The notes: generated by a model from the letters alone, not told the origin. A stretch of DNA of 64,000 nt from Gammaproteobacteria bacterium (GCA_030148865.1 JASBSR010000006.1:66111-130110), one strand, 5' to 3'; shown: positions 54,201-63,610, counted from the stretch's first letter. A program made the numbers and translations.

Positions 54201-54683
54201 GTCGACGCACGACTGCGCGGTCAGGTAATACACCGGGCTTTCGAATTGCTGTGCAGCAGCGAGATGGATGATGCTGAGCTCCAGCAACGCCTGAGCCACG
54301 AATTTGAACTCGCGCAATCAATGCCGGACTTGCCGCACTGGCTGGCGGAAGTCCGCGCCAACATGGCAGACCCGGCACTGGCGGTTATTTTTCAACCCGG
54401 GACTGCGCAGTCGTATAACGAACTGCCGATCCTGTATCAGCACGACGAGGTGAGTGTTTACGGGCTAATTGATCGGCTGGTGGTAAACCAGACTGAGATT
54501 GTGCTGATTGATTACAAAACCCATCAGCTCGCAGACAACGATGATGCTCCGAGCCTGGCTCAGCAATTTGTCGCTCAGCTGCGCCACTATCGTGATGGCG
54601 TGGCACTGCTCTGGCCGCAGCACAATATTAAAACCGGAGTGTTATTTACTGCACGGCATGAGCTGGTCTGGCTGGATTGCTAA
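51288..54683 (+). CDS. AddA/RecB-type UvrD helicase with C-terminal PD-(D/E)xK nuclease
   Basis: ASAGSGKT, LTFTRKAA, LIDEFQDT, VGDEKQSIYAFR, TIHASKGLE, LYVALTRA, GLIDRL...IDYKT. Confidence 0.92.
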   Translation: MLAAMSANSSPASSLIASQPDINATVSASAGSGKTWLLVTRILRLLLAGAKPGSILALTFTRKAAAEMQLRLRDRLFEMATVDATRLKQLLADIETDPSSDVIARARGLYETLLHALYPVRLCTFHSFCQDILSRFPLEADVPPGFELLEDSSLLLQQAWEALFADATRAPDGELAQALDALMIAAGGPANTRSALFSMLEHRSDWWAYCETQSDPVGFARAQLAKILQFDDTREPISEFFNSEMLQALRKFANLLQKHATATNKQHVCLIESVSERVEFDLSDFNKIRTAFLTANNTPRARKSSKSQQKNMGADAEQCLLELHQHICQQCLTTIELQLRQQTCRVNSAWYFAGAHFIEIFQRLKREQRLLDFTDLEWNCYQLLNTSDNALWVQYKIDQRIDHILIDEFQDTNPTQWHLLSPLLEEMAASASDRWRSVFLVGDEKQSIYAFRRANPALQSQASSWLAQHLGAVATPLDYSWRSSPAIIDAVNAVFMAEERRQRLPGFTRHGTHRDDLPGSVTLMPLFAADETEAPQLTGLRNPLLQARPPTVASAHDKEAHWLANEIKQLVHSGRATYGDILILTRSRSHIAAYENALRRQHIPFIGNQRGSLLQNLEIEDMEKLLDTLITPYNNLALAQVLKSPIFAASDDDLIMLASMPGKQRWYTRLLTLVDTLPAEQPLARAANLLQGWRALADTVPVHDLLDHIFAEASIVARYTASVPDDQQPRVSANLRYFLELSLDIDSGRYPSLMHFLHRLRNLRADENCAPDEPVTSSPDCVRFLTIHASKGLEAPIVFLADSNSRNSASDANTALVEWPADSARPSVFQLALSQANTDNHSREAQTRKVAAQERENLNLLYVALTRARQHLYISGASSQRLSHWQTLLNHGMQQLATADADDILRHEFGDLSAEPQQNAAEKKSGADTPAFDPALLTRLQQPVQQLPQAMLSIAPSRSDGAPGDYSNHDDVDARLRGQVIHRAFELLCSSEMDDAELQQRLSHEFELAQSMPDLPHWLAEVRANMADPALAVIFQPGTAQSYNELPILYQHDEVSVYGLIDRLVVNQTEIVLIDYKTHQLADNDDAPSLAQQFVAQLRHYRDGVALLWPQHNIKTGVLFTARHELVWLDC

Positions 54684-54689
54684 GCGCAC

Positions 54690-54719
54690 TCAGCGAACAC
54701 GGCTAGCGTGCTCGCTGAG
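54690..54719. terminator. Hairpin between the convergent helicase and dsbC genes
   Basis: TCAGCGAACACG-GCTAG-CGTGCTCGCTGA; no clear U tract. Confidence 0.4.
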
Positions 54720-54755
54720 ACGGGGTGCCGAGACAAGATGATACAAGGCGAGATT

Positions 54756-55478
54756 TCAGGGGTTTTTGTTGAGCACTTCGAGGAGTTTTGCAATCGGCAC
54801 ATACCCCGGTAGCATTTCACCGTCTTCCAGAATAATCGCCGGGGTGCCATTAACACCGAGTGAACGCCCAAGTGCGAGATGCTCGCTAACCGGATTATCA
54901 CAGGTTCTGGTTTCTATCTTGCCACCGGCTTTAACGGTGTCGAGCGCCGTGTTGCGATCATCGGCACACCAGACACTCACCGTAGTATCAAAATCGTCCT
55001 TGCCCTTGAGCGGCATGAAGATATACCGCAGCTTGATACCATTAGCCATGTATTGATCGATTTCGCTGTGCAAACGACGGCAATACGGACAATTGACATC
55101 GGTGACAACAGTCACAGTGTGCTCGATTTTTTTCTTCGGCGTGTACACCACCATTTTGGATTCAGGGTAATCCTTGATCTTGTTGAAACGCAAAATCGCC
55201 TTCGATGCCTCAGTCAGATTTTTGCGCGTGGCCATTTCCACCAGTTCACCGGTGAGAAAATAACTGGCATCGCCATTCATATACACCACCTGTGAACCCA
55301 GAATGACTTCGAACAGCCCCGGAATCGGCGTCACCTTAATCTGGGTAATACCTGCACCCGGCAACATCTGAGTCAGCGTGGTTTCAAGTTTGGCAATATC
55401 AGCATCAGTATCAACTGCAAACGCAGGCCATGACAGCAGAGTGGTGAGTAAAACAAAGGTGGCGACAAAATAATTCAT
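54756..55478 (-). CDS. dsbC: Disulfide isomerase DsbC
   Basis: Signal peptide, TPIPGLFEV dimerisation domain, CPYC, GVNGTPA; downstream of xerD. Confidence 0.93.
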   Translation of the reverse strand: MNYFVATFVLLTTLLSWPAFAVDTDADIAKLETTLTQMLPGAGITQIKVTPIPGLFEVILGSQVVYMNGDASYFLTGELVEMATRKNLTEASKAILRFNKIKDYPESKMVVYTPKKKIEHTVTVVTDVNCPYCRRLHSEIDQYMANGIKLRYIFMPLKGKDDFDTTVSVWCADDRNTALDTVKAGGKIETRTCDNPVSEHLALGRSLGVNGTPAIILEDGEMLPGYVPIAKLLEVLNKNP

Positions 55479-55565
55479 GATGAACTCAAACTAGTGAATC
55501 GGAGATCTGGCTCGTCGGTAGACAGCGCGCATTATAGATAATTCCTCGCCTCAGGGGTAGAAACC

Positions 55566-56486
55566 TCAGGCTCGGGGGTGATGCTCCTGATAAAGCTCAC
55601 GTAATCGCTGATCAGCGACATGGGTATAGATCTGCGTGGTGGAAATATCAGAATGCCCGAGCAGCATCTGCACCACGCGCAAATCGGCACCGTGATTGAG
55701 CAAATGCGTGGCAAAGGCGTGGCGCAGAGTGTGCGGCGATAACCTGTCCGGTGAAATCGAGGCCTTTGCTGCATAGCGTTTGATCATGTACCAGAACGCC
55801 TGCCGCGTCATGGCAGCACCCCGGCGGGTGACAAACACGGCGTCGACGGGTGCTCTGGCCTGCATTAACGCCGGGCGCGCCGTTTCTAGATAGCGCACAA
55901 GATAGTCGAGCGCGGTTTCACCCACCGGTACCAGCCGCTCTTTGTCACCCTTGCCGATAATCCGAATCACACCCGGCTCAAGCGATATCTGCGCCAATTG
56001 CAGAGTCACCAGTTCGGACACCCGGACCCCGGTCGCATAGAGCAATTCCAGCATGGCGCGATCTCGCAGACCCAGTTCAGTCGCTGTGTCGGGCGCATCC
56101 AGCAAAGCATCCACCTGGGTTTCATTCAGAATGGCAGGAATTTTGCGTTCGCTTTTGGGCGAATCGAGCAATTGCGTTGGGTCCTGCGATATCACCTTCT
56201 CGCGCAGCAGATATCGATAAAATCTGCGCACGCTGGACAATAACCTGGCAGCCGATCGAGTTTTACCACCGGCTTGAAACACACTCACCAAAACTGCCTG
56301 TAAATCTACTGCCTCAGCAGAATGCAGATCAAGCCCGCGAGTTTGCAAATATTGCGCGCAACTGGCGAGATCATTGCGATAGGCAGATAAGGTATTTTGA
56401 CTGAGACCGCGCTCCATCCAGAGATGGTCGCAAAATGCTTCGATGCGCTGTTGTTCGTGCTCGTCGATGAGGTCAAATCGGGACAT
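55566..56486 (-). CDS. xerD: Tyrosine recombinase XerD
   Basis: RDRAMLELLYATGVR, GKGDKER, SPHTLRHAFATHLL, LGHSDISTTQIYTHV; xerD-dsbC synteny. Confidence 0.96.
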   Translation of the reverse strand: MSRFDLIDEHEQQRIEAFCDHLWMERGLSQNTLSAYRNDLASCAQYLQTRGLDLHSAEAVDLQAVLVSVFQAGGKTRSAARLLSSVRRFYRYLLREKVISQDPTQLLDSPKSERKIPAILNETQVDALLDAPDTATELGLRDRAMLELLYATGVRVSELVTLQLAQISLEPGVIRIIGKGDKERLVPVGETALDYLVRYLETARPALMQARAPVDAVFVTRRGAAMTRQAFWYMIKRYAAKASISPDRLSPHTLRHAFATHLLNHGADLRVVQMLLGHSDISTTQIYTHVADQRLRELYQEHHPRA

Positions 56487-56536
56487 GGGGGCCTGTTAGC
56501 TTGATATTCGCTATTACTGTTTTGAAGCATAGCAGA

Positions 56537-56577
56537 AATAAAAAAGGCCACTCACCCAAAGGAAAGTAGCCTTTATT
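56537..56577 (-). terminator. Intrinsic terminator after the histone-like gene
   Basis: Minus strand AAAGGCTACTT...AGTGGCCTTTTTTATTT. Confidence 0.65.
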
Positions 56578-56594
56578 CAACATAAGAATACAAC

Positions 56595-57264
56595 TTAGCG
56601 ACGCGTGCGGCTTTTTTTTGGCTTCATGGCCTTATCAATTTTGGCCATTTCTTTCTTCGACCACTGTTTCACAAATGACGTGATCGCTGTTTCTTTCTTT
56701 TCTGCCATTTTTACCAGTAGAGCCTGCCGTTTCCGTGTTGCTGCCAGCTCAGCCCGGGCTTTCGCCAGGGCTTTCGCTGTCGCAGCGATGCGTTCACGCA
56801 TTTTCTCGCTGGTGGCTGCCGCCTTCTGTTTCGCTACGGCCGATGGAGCTTTGGCCGCTGCCGCCTTATCTTTTGGCGGTAGTTCTTTTTCTGGTCGTCC
56901 TTTTCTTGGCCGTTTTACGCTTGGCAGTCTTTTTCTTGGCGACCTTACGCTTAGCGGTTTTTTTCTTGGCAGTCTTTTTCTTGGCGACCTTACGCTTAGC
57001 GGTTTTCTTCTTGGCTGTTTTGCGTTTGGCGGTCTTTTTCTTGGCGACCTTACGCTTGGCTGTTTTACGCTTGGCAGTCTTTTTCTTGGCTACCTTACGT
57101 TTTGCAGTTTTTTTCTTGGCAACTTTACGCTTGGCGGTCTTTTTCTTGGTGACCTTGCGTTTAGCTACTTTACGCTTGGCGACTTTACGTTTTGCAGTCT
57201 TTTTCTTGACTGCACGTTTAGCCGTTGTCTTCTTTTTAGATGTTGCTTTTTTGGGTCGTGCCAT
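56595..57264 (-). CDS. Histone H1-like Lys/Arg/Ala-rich nucleoid protein, split by a +1 frameshift near 56871-56874
   Basis: KKKTAKRKVA-type repeats; RBS AGAGGA 8 nt before ATG 57264; the +1 frame continues DKAAAAKAPSAVAKQKAAATSEKMRERI to the stop at 56595. Confidence 0.75.
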
Positions 57265-57423
57265 TACTTGCATCCTCTTGTGTGAGTTACGAACAAAAGT
57301 ATAAAACTAAATTTGAATATAGCAAACTTTTTTTTCAAATAAAAACATGGGGTTTTCATTCGAAAATATATTATTTGGGGTCAATATCAGGTGTGATTTC
57401 GGATTTCAGCATTCATAATCCGG

Positions 57424-58130
57424 TTAAAAACGAAAACCGGTTTGTGCAAATACATCAAAAACATCCTCATCTGCAACCGCTGCAATGTCGAGATGAAAGC
57501 CAAACCAGAGGCCCACACCCGTATTCAGCAGTCGTTTTTTGCGCCTTCAGAGATGTTACTAGCGATGTTTCTCTGCATACCAACGCGCAACTGAGCGAAG
57601 TCAAACGCATTGAATTCGGCACCTACAGAGAGCATTCTGGACTTCATTTGTGGGAACAACGGCAATGGAGACTCATTTTCAGTAAGATCAAGATCCGCAC
57701 CCAGACGAAAAAAACTACCGCGATATGCCAGTCCGGTGCGGATGCTGGTATCAAATTTAGCTACTGTGACAGAACCTTGATTCACATCCTGCGGAACCAG
57801 ATTTTTTGCAGCCACACCACAACCACACTATCCCCCAGAAGCAGTGCAGCGCCCGCATCTAGCGTGATAAAGCTACCGAGATCACTGATTGTCCCTGTTA
57901 AGCAGACGAGACGCACTGGTATCAACCGTCGATAATGATTCACTAAAGATCAGCAGTCCGACATTAACCAGTCTTGGCGTCAGTCCGAACTTGAGTTTAC
58001 TCCCCATAAAATCCACACCAGTGGCTGTCGAAAAGCCAATTTCACGCGCAGCGACACCATTCAGATTGAGTATGTTTTTATTTGGATCGTTCACCTCGGA
58101 GACATTCCCTGTGGCACTATCACCGTATTC
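57424..58130 (-). pseudogene. Decayed TraF-like outer-membrane beta-barrel, 5'-truncated, at least three frameshifts
   Basis: Successive frames read REIGFSTA..KFGLTPRL / FITLDAGAAL / AAKNL..GADLDLTEN..GAEFNAFDFAQLRVG / TGVGLWFGFHLDIAAV..QTGFRF-stop (C-terminal Phe). Confidence 0.7.
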
Positions 58131-58242
58131 GAGAATGCCTGGGCAGTGGCAAACTGAACATATATCACGAAAACAGTATGACAAGGTAGACAACACGACA
58201 TTATCTATACCCTGTCACAGCCAGCGCGATATAATCGGTACC

Positions 58243-58707
58243 ATGACTACCACCAATGCAACACACACTGCTTTGTCCAGCGCCAGCCTGATTCGCCGTC
58301 TGATGTCATCAATTTACGATCTGCTGTTAGTGCTGGCCCTATGGTTTGTCACCGGCACCATGGCAATTGCTCTGAATCACGGAAATGCAATCAGACCAGA
58401 TGATCCTTTCTATTTGTTTTTTGTATCCATACTTATACTAATTAGTTTTTTTTATTACACATATTTCTGGACGCACGGCGGACAAACCCTGGGTATGAAA
58501 ACCTGGCGTATTAGACTTGTTGCACAAAATGGAAATGCCGTGAGCTGGCAACAGGCAATGCGGTATTTTTTCGCTGCTCTGTTGTCGTGGGCGATGCTCG
58601 GCCTGGGTTTTTTCTGGAGCGTATTTGACCTGAACAGGGCCACCTGGCACGATAAAATCGCTGGTTGCAGGATACTGGATTTGCGCAATTCAGCGCACGC
58701 GGCGTAA
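58243..58707 (+). CDS. RDD family membrane protein
   Basis: ASLIRRLMSSIYD, GQTLGMKTWRIRLV, WHDKIAG; convergent with lptG. Confidence 0.9.
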   Translation: MTTTNATHTALSSASLIRRLMSSIYDLLLVLALWFVTGTMAIALNHGNAIRPDDPFYLFFVSILILISFFYYTYFWTHGGQTLGMKTWRIRLVAQNGNAVSWQQAMRYFFAALLSWAMLGLGFFWSVFDLNRATWHDKIAGCRILDLRNSAHAA

Positions 58708-59754
58708 TAATACAATGGCGATCACCGTAATCAGCAGCAAAGGCGCTGCCGCGCTGATGAACGCGGGCATGGCATAGACCACACCGAGATGATTGATAGC
58801 ACGATTTAGCACAAAGAACGCAATCCCCAGCATCAGGCCGACAATAATGCGTTGCCCGGTGCCCCCCGAGCGCGGCGTGGTATTGAACACCATGGGCATG
58901 GCGATCAGCAACATGGCAAGACAGGTAAAGGGCGTGAGCAACTTTACCCAGAAGGCGAGTTCATATTCTGCGGCATCGAGTCCGTTCGCTTTCAGGTAAT
59001 CACTGTACTGGTATAAATCCTGTGCCGACATATCGTCTGGCTCCAGACTCAGCACATCGAACAAATCCGGACGGATTAGTTCATTCCAGATCTCACGCCG
59101 CGCAAATTCACTGGTGACCCGATCCGGCGAAAGATTACTGTGCACCACATTGAACAGTGTCCAACGGCCGTCCCGGTACTCAGCACTGCTGGCGTGCGTG
59201 GTGCGAGTCAGCTGACGTTGTTGATTGAGTTCATAAATACTCACATCGCCAAGTTTTTTATCGGGCATGACACGACGTGCGTTGACATAACGCATATTAT
59301 CGCGCGACCACAATCCTTGTTGACCACTCACCAGAAACTGCTGATTGAGCGCGCGTGCGCGAATCGATTTACCGGTATTCGAGGCGAACGGAATAATGAA
59401 TTCGCCAGAAATAGCAACCAGCAGCGCCAGAATCAAACCTGCCTGCAGCACCGAACGTACAATACGTAAAGCGGTGATACCCGAAGCGCGCATCACCACC
59501 AGTTCAGAACCCGCTGCCATTGACCCCAGCGAAATCAATGCGCCCAGCAAAATGATTGATGGCGCGAGTTCATATAATCGCATCGGCAAAGTCAGCGCTA
59601 CGTAAAACAGCGCCTGCAGCGCATTGTAATCGGCTTTGCCGATGTCGTCGAGTTCCGACACAAAATCAATAAAACCAAACAGCGCAGCCATAACCACAGC
59701 AGCAACCAGCACACCGCTCACAACCTGGCCCGTAATATATCGATCTATTACCAT
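58690..59754 (-). CDS. lptG: LPS export ABC transporter permease LptG
   Basis: IDRYI, SELVVMRASG, YELAFW, PRSGG; paired with lptF. Confidence 0.93.
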   Translation of the reverse strand: MVIDRYITGQVVSGVLVAAVVMAALFGFIDFVSELDDIGKADYNALQALFYVALTLPMRLYELAPSIILLGALISLGSMAAGSELVVMRASGITALRIVRSVLQAGLILALLVAISGEFIIPFASNTGKSIRARALNQQFLVSGQQGLWSRDNMRYVNARRVMPDKKLGDVSIYELNQQRQLTRTTHASSAEYRDGRWTLFNVVHSNLSPDRVTSEFARREIWNELIRPDLFDVLSLEPDDMSAQDLYQYSDYLKANGLDAAEYELAFWVKLLTPFTCLAMLLIAMPMVFNTTPRSGGTGQRIIVGLMLGIAFFVLNRAINHLGVVYAMPAFISAAAPLLLITVIAIVLLRRVR

Positions 59755-59755
59755 G

Positions 59756-60838
59756 TCATTTAGTACGCCTGAACCAATAGCCACGCCGCCAGAACAGCAG
59801 CCAGAGCAACATCAGAGCCAGCACGTGCGGCCACCATGTTCCCACCCATACTGGCACCAGACCCTGTGCCAGCCAGGTTCGACCAATGCCGAGCAAATTT
59901 GAATATAGCAGATAAATCAGAATCGCCAGCGCAAGCTTGGCATAGCGTCCACTGCGCGGTGTGGTATAGCTCAGTGGTAAGGCCAGTAAACATATAATGA
60001 AAGTCGCCAGCGGTACCGTGAAACGCCATTGCAGTTCTGCACGCTCAACATTGCCATTCATACCCCACAGCTGACTCACACTGAGTGAGCTCACACCATT
60101 GGAGACATCGGACTTATCACGCTCGTGTAAATAGACGCCGTATTCACCGTATTCAATCATCCGATAATCATTGTCACCGGGTTTACCCACATAGTGTTTT
60201 CCGTCCTCCATCAATATATAACTGCGACCATCAAGCTGCTCCTGCTTTGCTGTCGGCGCAATATCAATATGCTCAACCTGCTCAACCAGATGGCGCTGAA
60301 ACACATTTTGCATCACACTGCGGTCACTGCTCTGAGACTCGAGAAAAAACGTGGTATCGCCTTTTTTGGATTCATTGAACTTGCCCGCCATCAGCGTGGT
60401 GTGCTCGGCACGATTTTTTTCAGCCGAGATAATTCCATCACGACTCTGAGACACCAGTGGTGAAATAAACAATGTCAGCAACAACAACACCAGACTGACT
60501 GGCACTGCTACCAGCAACAAAGGACGATACCAGTCCATAGGGCCCATGCCGGCAGACATCATCGCCGTCATTTCGCTATCTTTATATAAGCGACCATAGG
60601 CGACCAGCAACCCTAACAGTAAACTCAGCGGAATCAGCATGATCGCAAAATTCATCATGCCATTAAGCAACAGTGGCCACAGCGCTGCACCGGAAATCCT
60701 GCCATTCGCGATCCATGACAACAGGTGCACAGTTTCAGTGCTCATCACCACAGCGAGCAGAATCAGCAGCACCATCAGCCAGGAAAGCAGGATTTCTTTG
60801 CCGATATATCGGTCGATGAGGCGTAATTGCATAAACAT
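59756..60838 (-). CDS. lptF: LPS export ABC transporter permease LptF
   Basis: GRLYKDSEMTAM, AELQWR, PRSGRY; divergent from pepA. Confidence 0.93.
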   Translation of the reverse strand: MFMQLRLIDRYIGKEILLSWLMVLLILLAVVMSTETVHLLSWIANGRISGAALWPLLLNGMMNFAIMLIPLSLLLGLLVAYGRLYKDSEMTAMMSAGMGPMDWYRPLLLVAVPVSLVLLLLTLFISPLVSQSRDGIISAEKNRAEHTTLMAGKFNESKKGDTTFFLESQSSDRSVMQNVFQRHLVEQVEHIDIAPTAKQEQLDGRSYILMEDGKHYVGKPGDNDYRMIEYGEYGVYLHERDKSDVSNGVSSLSVSQLWGMNGNVERAELQWRFTVPLATFIICLLALPLSYTTPRSGRYAKLALAILIYLLYSNLLGIGRTWLAQGLVPVWVGTWWPHVLALMLLWLLFWRRGYWFRRTK

Positions 60839-60928
60839 AGGTGCGGATTATCACACTGACTTTCGAACATTGCATTAATTGCATACAATCAGTCTTCTTT
60901 TCACCTCAGCAAAATCCTCGGAGATATC

Positions 60929-62428
60929 ATGGAATACACCGTCAAGAGTGGCAGCCCGGAAAAACAGCGTATCGGCTGTGTCGTCGTCGGCGTCTTCGCC
61001 TCGCGCAAACTCTCGCCATCGGCCGCCCTGCTGGATGAAGCCAGCGGCGGTTATATCTCCAATCTGGTGCGCCGTGGTGAACTCGAAGGTGACCTTGGCC
61101 AAACTTTATTACTCCATAATGTAGAGAATACCCTGTGTGACCGCGTACTGCTCATTGGCTGCGGTCGAGAAAAGGATGTCGACACAAGAAACTTTCGTAA
61201 AATCAATAGCATAATGGCGACCACCCTGGAAGCCGGCGGCACCACCGAGGCCGCCTCCTACCTCACCGAAATTCAGGTGAAAAAGCACGACATCACCTGG
61301 AAAATCCGGCAGTCAATCGAGGCCATCGACGAGGCCATGTATCACTTCAAGCTGTTGAAATCTGATAAAAAACCGCCCCGGCGGCCGCTGCGCAAGTTTA
61401 TTTTCAGCGTTTCTGGCCGCGGCCAGCTGATGGACGGCGAAGTCGCGGTGCGCAACGGCATGTGCGTCTCCAGCGGCATCAAACTGGCAAAAGACCTCGG
61501 CAATATGCCGGGCAACATCTGTACCCCCAGTTATCTGGCGCAGCAGGCGTTGGATCTGGATAAACAGAATCCGAAGGTCACCACCACCGTGCTCGAAGAA
61601 AAAGATATGGAAAACCTCGGCATGGGCGCATTGCTCTCGGTCGCTCGTGGCAGTCGCCAGCCAGCGAAACTCATTACTATAGAGTATCGCGCCGGCGATA
61701 AAGACCAGCACCCGATCGTGCTGGTCGGCAAAGGCGTCACTTTTGACTCCGGCGGTATCAGCCTGAAACCCGGCGCGGCCATGGACGAAATGAAATTTGA
61801 TATGTGCGGCGCCGCCAGTGTCCTCGGCACTCTCACCACCTGCGCCGAGTTGCAGCTGCCGGTTAATGTGATCGGCATTATCCCCACTGTGGAAAACATG
61901 CCCGATGGCCTCGCCAGCAAACCCGGCGATATTGTCACCAGCATGTCGGGCCAGACCATCGAAATTCTCAACACCGATGCCGAGGGTCGACTCATATTAT
62001 GCGATGCCCTCAGCTATGCCGAAAAATTTGATCCTGACGTGGTGATCGACATTGCCACCCTCACCGGAGCCTGCGTGGTCGCGCTCGGTGCACACCCGGC
62101 GGGCCTGCTCGGCAACCACAAACCGCTGATCAATGATCTGCTCAACGCCGGCGAAATCAGCGGTGACCGCTGCTGGGAACTGCCACTGTGGGATGATTAC
62201 CAGGAGCAGTTAAACAGCAATTTTGCCGACATGGCGAATATTGGCGGTAAAGGCGCGGGCACAATTACCGCCGCCTGTTTTCTCTCGCGGTTCACCAAAA
62301 AATATCACTGGGCACATCTCGACATCGCCGGCGTCGCCTGGCTCTCGGGCACTGCCAAAGGCTCCACCGGCAGGCCAGTGAGCCTGCTCACTCAGTACAT
62401 TTTTGATCGCGTCGCCGAGATGCAGTAA
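60929..62428 (+). CDS. pepA: Leucyl aminopeptidase
   Basis: VGKGVTFDSGGISLK, MKFDMCGAA, NTDAEGRL, WAHLDIAG. Confidence 0.97.
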   Translation: MEYTVKSGSPEKQRIGCVVVGVFASRKLSPSAALLDEASGGYISNLVRRGELEGDLGQTLLLHNVENTLCDRVLLIGCGREKDVDTRNFRKINSIMATTLEAGGTTEAASYLTEIQVKKHDITWKIRQSIEAIDEAMYHFKLLKSDKKPPRRPLRKFIFSVSGRGQLMDGEVAVRNGMCVSSGIKLAKDLGNMPGNICTPSYLAQQALDLDKQNPKVTTTVLEEKDMENLGMGALLSVARGSRQPAKLITIEYRAGDKDQHPIVLVGKGVTFDSGGISLKPGAAMDEMKFDMCGAASVLGTLTTCAELQLPVNVIGIIPTVENMPDGLASKPGDIVTSMSGQTIEILNTDAEGRLILCDALSYAEKFDPDVVIDIATLTGACVVALGAHPAGLLGNHKPLINDLLNAGEISGDRCWELPLWDDYQEQLNSNFADMANIGGKGAGTITAACFLSRFTKKYHWAHLDIAGVAWLSGTAKGSTGRPVSLLTQYIFDRVAEMQ

Positions 62429-62435
62429 GCACACG

Positions 62436-62867
62436 ATGCGCGACACTCGCGTAGATTTTTATCTGCTCGCCGGCGACCAGATCAATCAGCTGCGCTGGTT
62501 CTGCTGCCGGCTCACCGAAAAAGCCTGGAAACTGGGTCATCGCATCTGGATTCGCACCGACGATGCCAGCACCGCACGCTTGCTCGATGACCTGCTCTGG
62601 AGTTATCAGGATGGCAGTTTTTTACCGCACGCCCGGCTCGGAGAAGCCGATGCTGAACACAGCCCGGTGTTAATCGGCGAACACTCTCCCGCCGAACCGA
62701 TCGATTTGCTGATTAATCTCGCTGCCGACGTCCCTCCTGCCAGCGAACAATACGCCCGCATCGCCGAGCTGGTCAACGACGATGCCACGCGCAAACAACA
62801 AGGTCGCGCCCGTTACAGCTATTACGATAAAAACAACTATACTCTGGAACATCACAAGATAAATTAG
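62436..62867 (+). CDS. holC: DNA polymerase III subunit chi
   Basis: RVDFY, CRLTEKAW, LDDLLW..SFLPH, GRARYSYY; pepA-holC-valS synteny. Confidence 0.95.
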   Translation: MRDTRVDFYLLAGDQINQLRWFCCRLTEKAWKLGHRIWIRTDDASTARLLDDLLWSYQDGSFLPHARLGEADAEHSPVLIGEHSPAEPIDLLINLAADVPPASEQYARIAELVNDDATRKQQGRARYSYYDKNNYTLEHHKIN

Positions 62868-62902
62868 TGGCAGGCACGGCCTGCGACAACAACGGTGCAG
62901 GC

Positions 62903-63610
62903 ATGAGCAAACACGACGACAAAGTCATCCCCACGCTCGACGATGTCATACAACCGGGTGATTTCGACGACACCCGGATCGGTGATTTGAACGCCCTCGA
63001 GGATGACTTCGACTATCCACAGTATGACATCCAGAACGAAGATCAGAACGAGAGTCAGCGAAAAGCCAGCACTGACGAATATGACTCGGTCGAGCTTGGT
63101 GATGCGCCCGACTTCGAAGACGACAGCTTCGATGATGCCTTCGGCAAACTCGTCGTCGTAGCAGAACCATCCTCGGCGACAGACGGCCTGGATCTGGCGA
63201 TATTCGAAAACCCCGACAGCGAAACCGTTCAGCTCGATCCCGATATGAATACCGATCTGGATTCAGGTTTCGACTCACATCCCGATCACCCGATTGATGA
63301 CAGCGAGCTCGACGATATTGCCGAACTTATAGTGGCCGAACGCTTTCCGCCTGACGCTGCCGAACCTGCAACAACCGGATCGGCCAGCGAACCCAGTCCA
63401 GAGCCGGAGGCCCTTTCCCCTGCTCCTGACAAAACAAACGACGCGGCAACACCGGCCGCCACCAAAGCGGCTGCGACGAATAACCGAGCAGAAATCAAAA
63501 TCAGCCAGCTTGTCGACGACATCACCCACCAGTTGATGCCCGAGATCGAATGGAAAATCCGCACTCGCGTGCGCGACATTCTGGAACAGCATTTCCCCGA
63601 CCAGGAATAG
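62903..63610 (+). CDS. Acidic, largely disordered hypothetical protein
   Basis: N-terminal IPTLDDVI, long D/E/P-rich tract, C-terminal amphipathic helices. Confidence 0.75.
   Translation: MSKHDDKVIPTLDDVIQPGDFDDTRIGDLNALEDDFDYPQYDIQNEDQNESQRKASTDEYDSVELGDAPDFEDDSFDDAFGKLVVVAEPSSATDGLDLAIFENPDSETVQLDPDMNTDLDSGFDSHPDHPIDDSELDDIAELIVAERFPPDAAEPATTGSASEPSPEPEALSPAPDKTNDAATPAATKAAATNNRAEIKISQLVDDITHQLMPEIEWKIRTRVRDILEQHFPDQE

Noticed and set aside
55566-56486. Tyrosine recombinase as a sign of an integrated element or integron
   Set aside because: Sequence and xerD-dsbC synteny identify housekeeping XerD; no attC-like cassette array seen.
56880-57240. 15/30-bp tandem repeats as a possible CRISPR array or VNTR
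   Set aside because: No unique spacers and no cas genes; the repeats are codon-phased and encode KKKTAKRKVA units.
56605-57304. Long plus-strand hydrophobic repeat ORFs (226 aa and 189 aa)
   Set aside because: Antisense shadows of the Lys-rich histone-like repeat gene, which has the RBS and terminator.
57240-58242. Plus-strand 231-aa ORF and the long N-terminal extension of the RDD ORF
   Set aside because: They lie antisense to the TraF-like pseudogene; RDD homology begins near ATG 58243.
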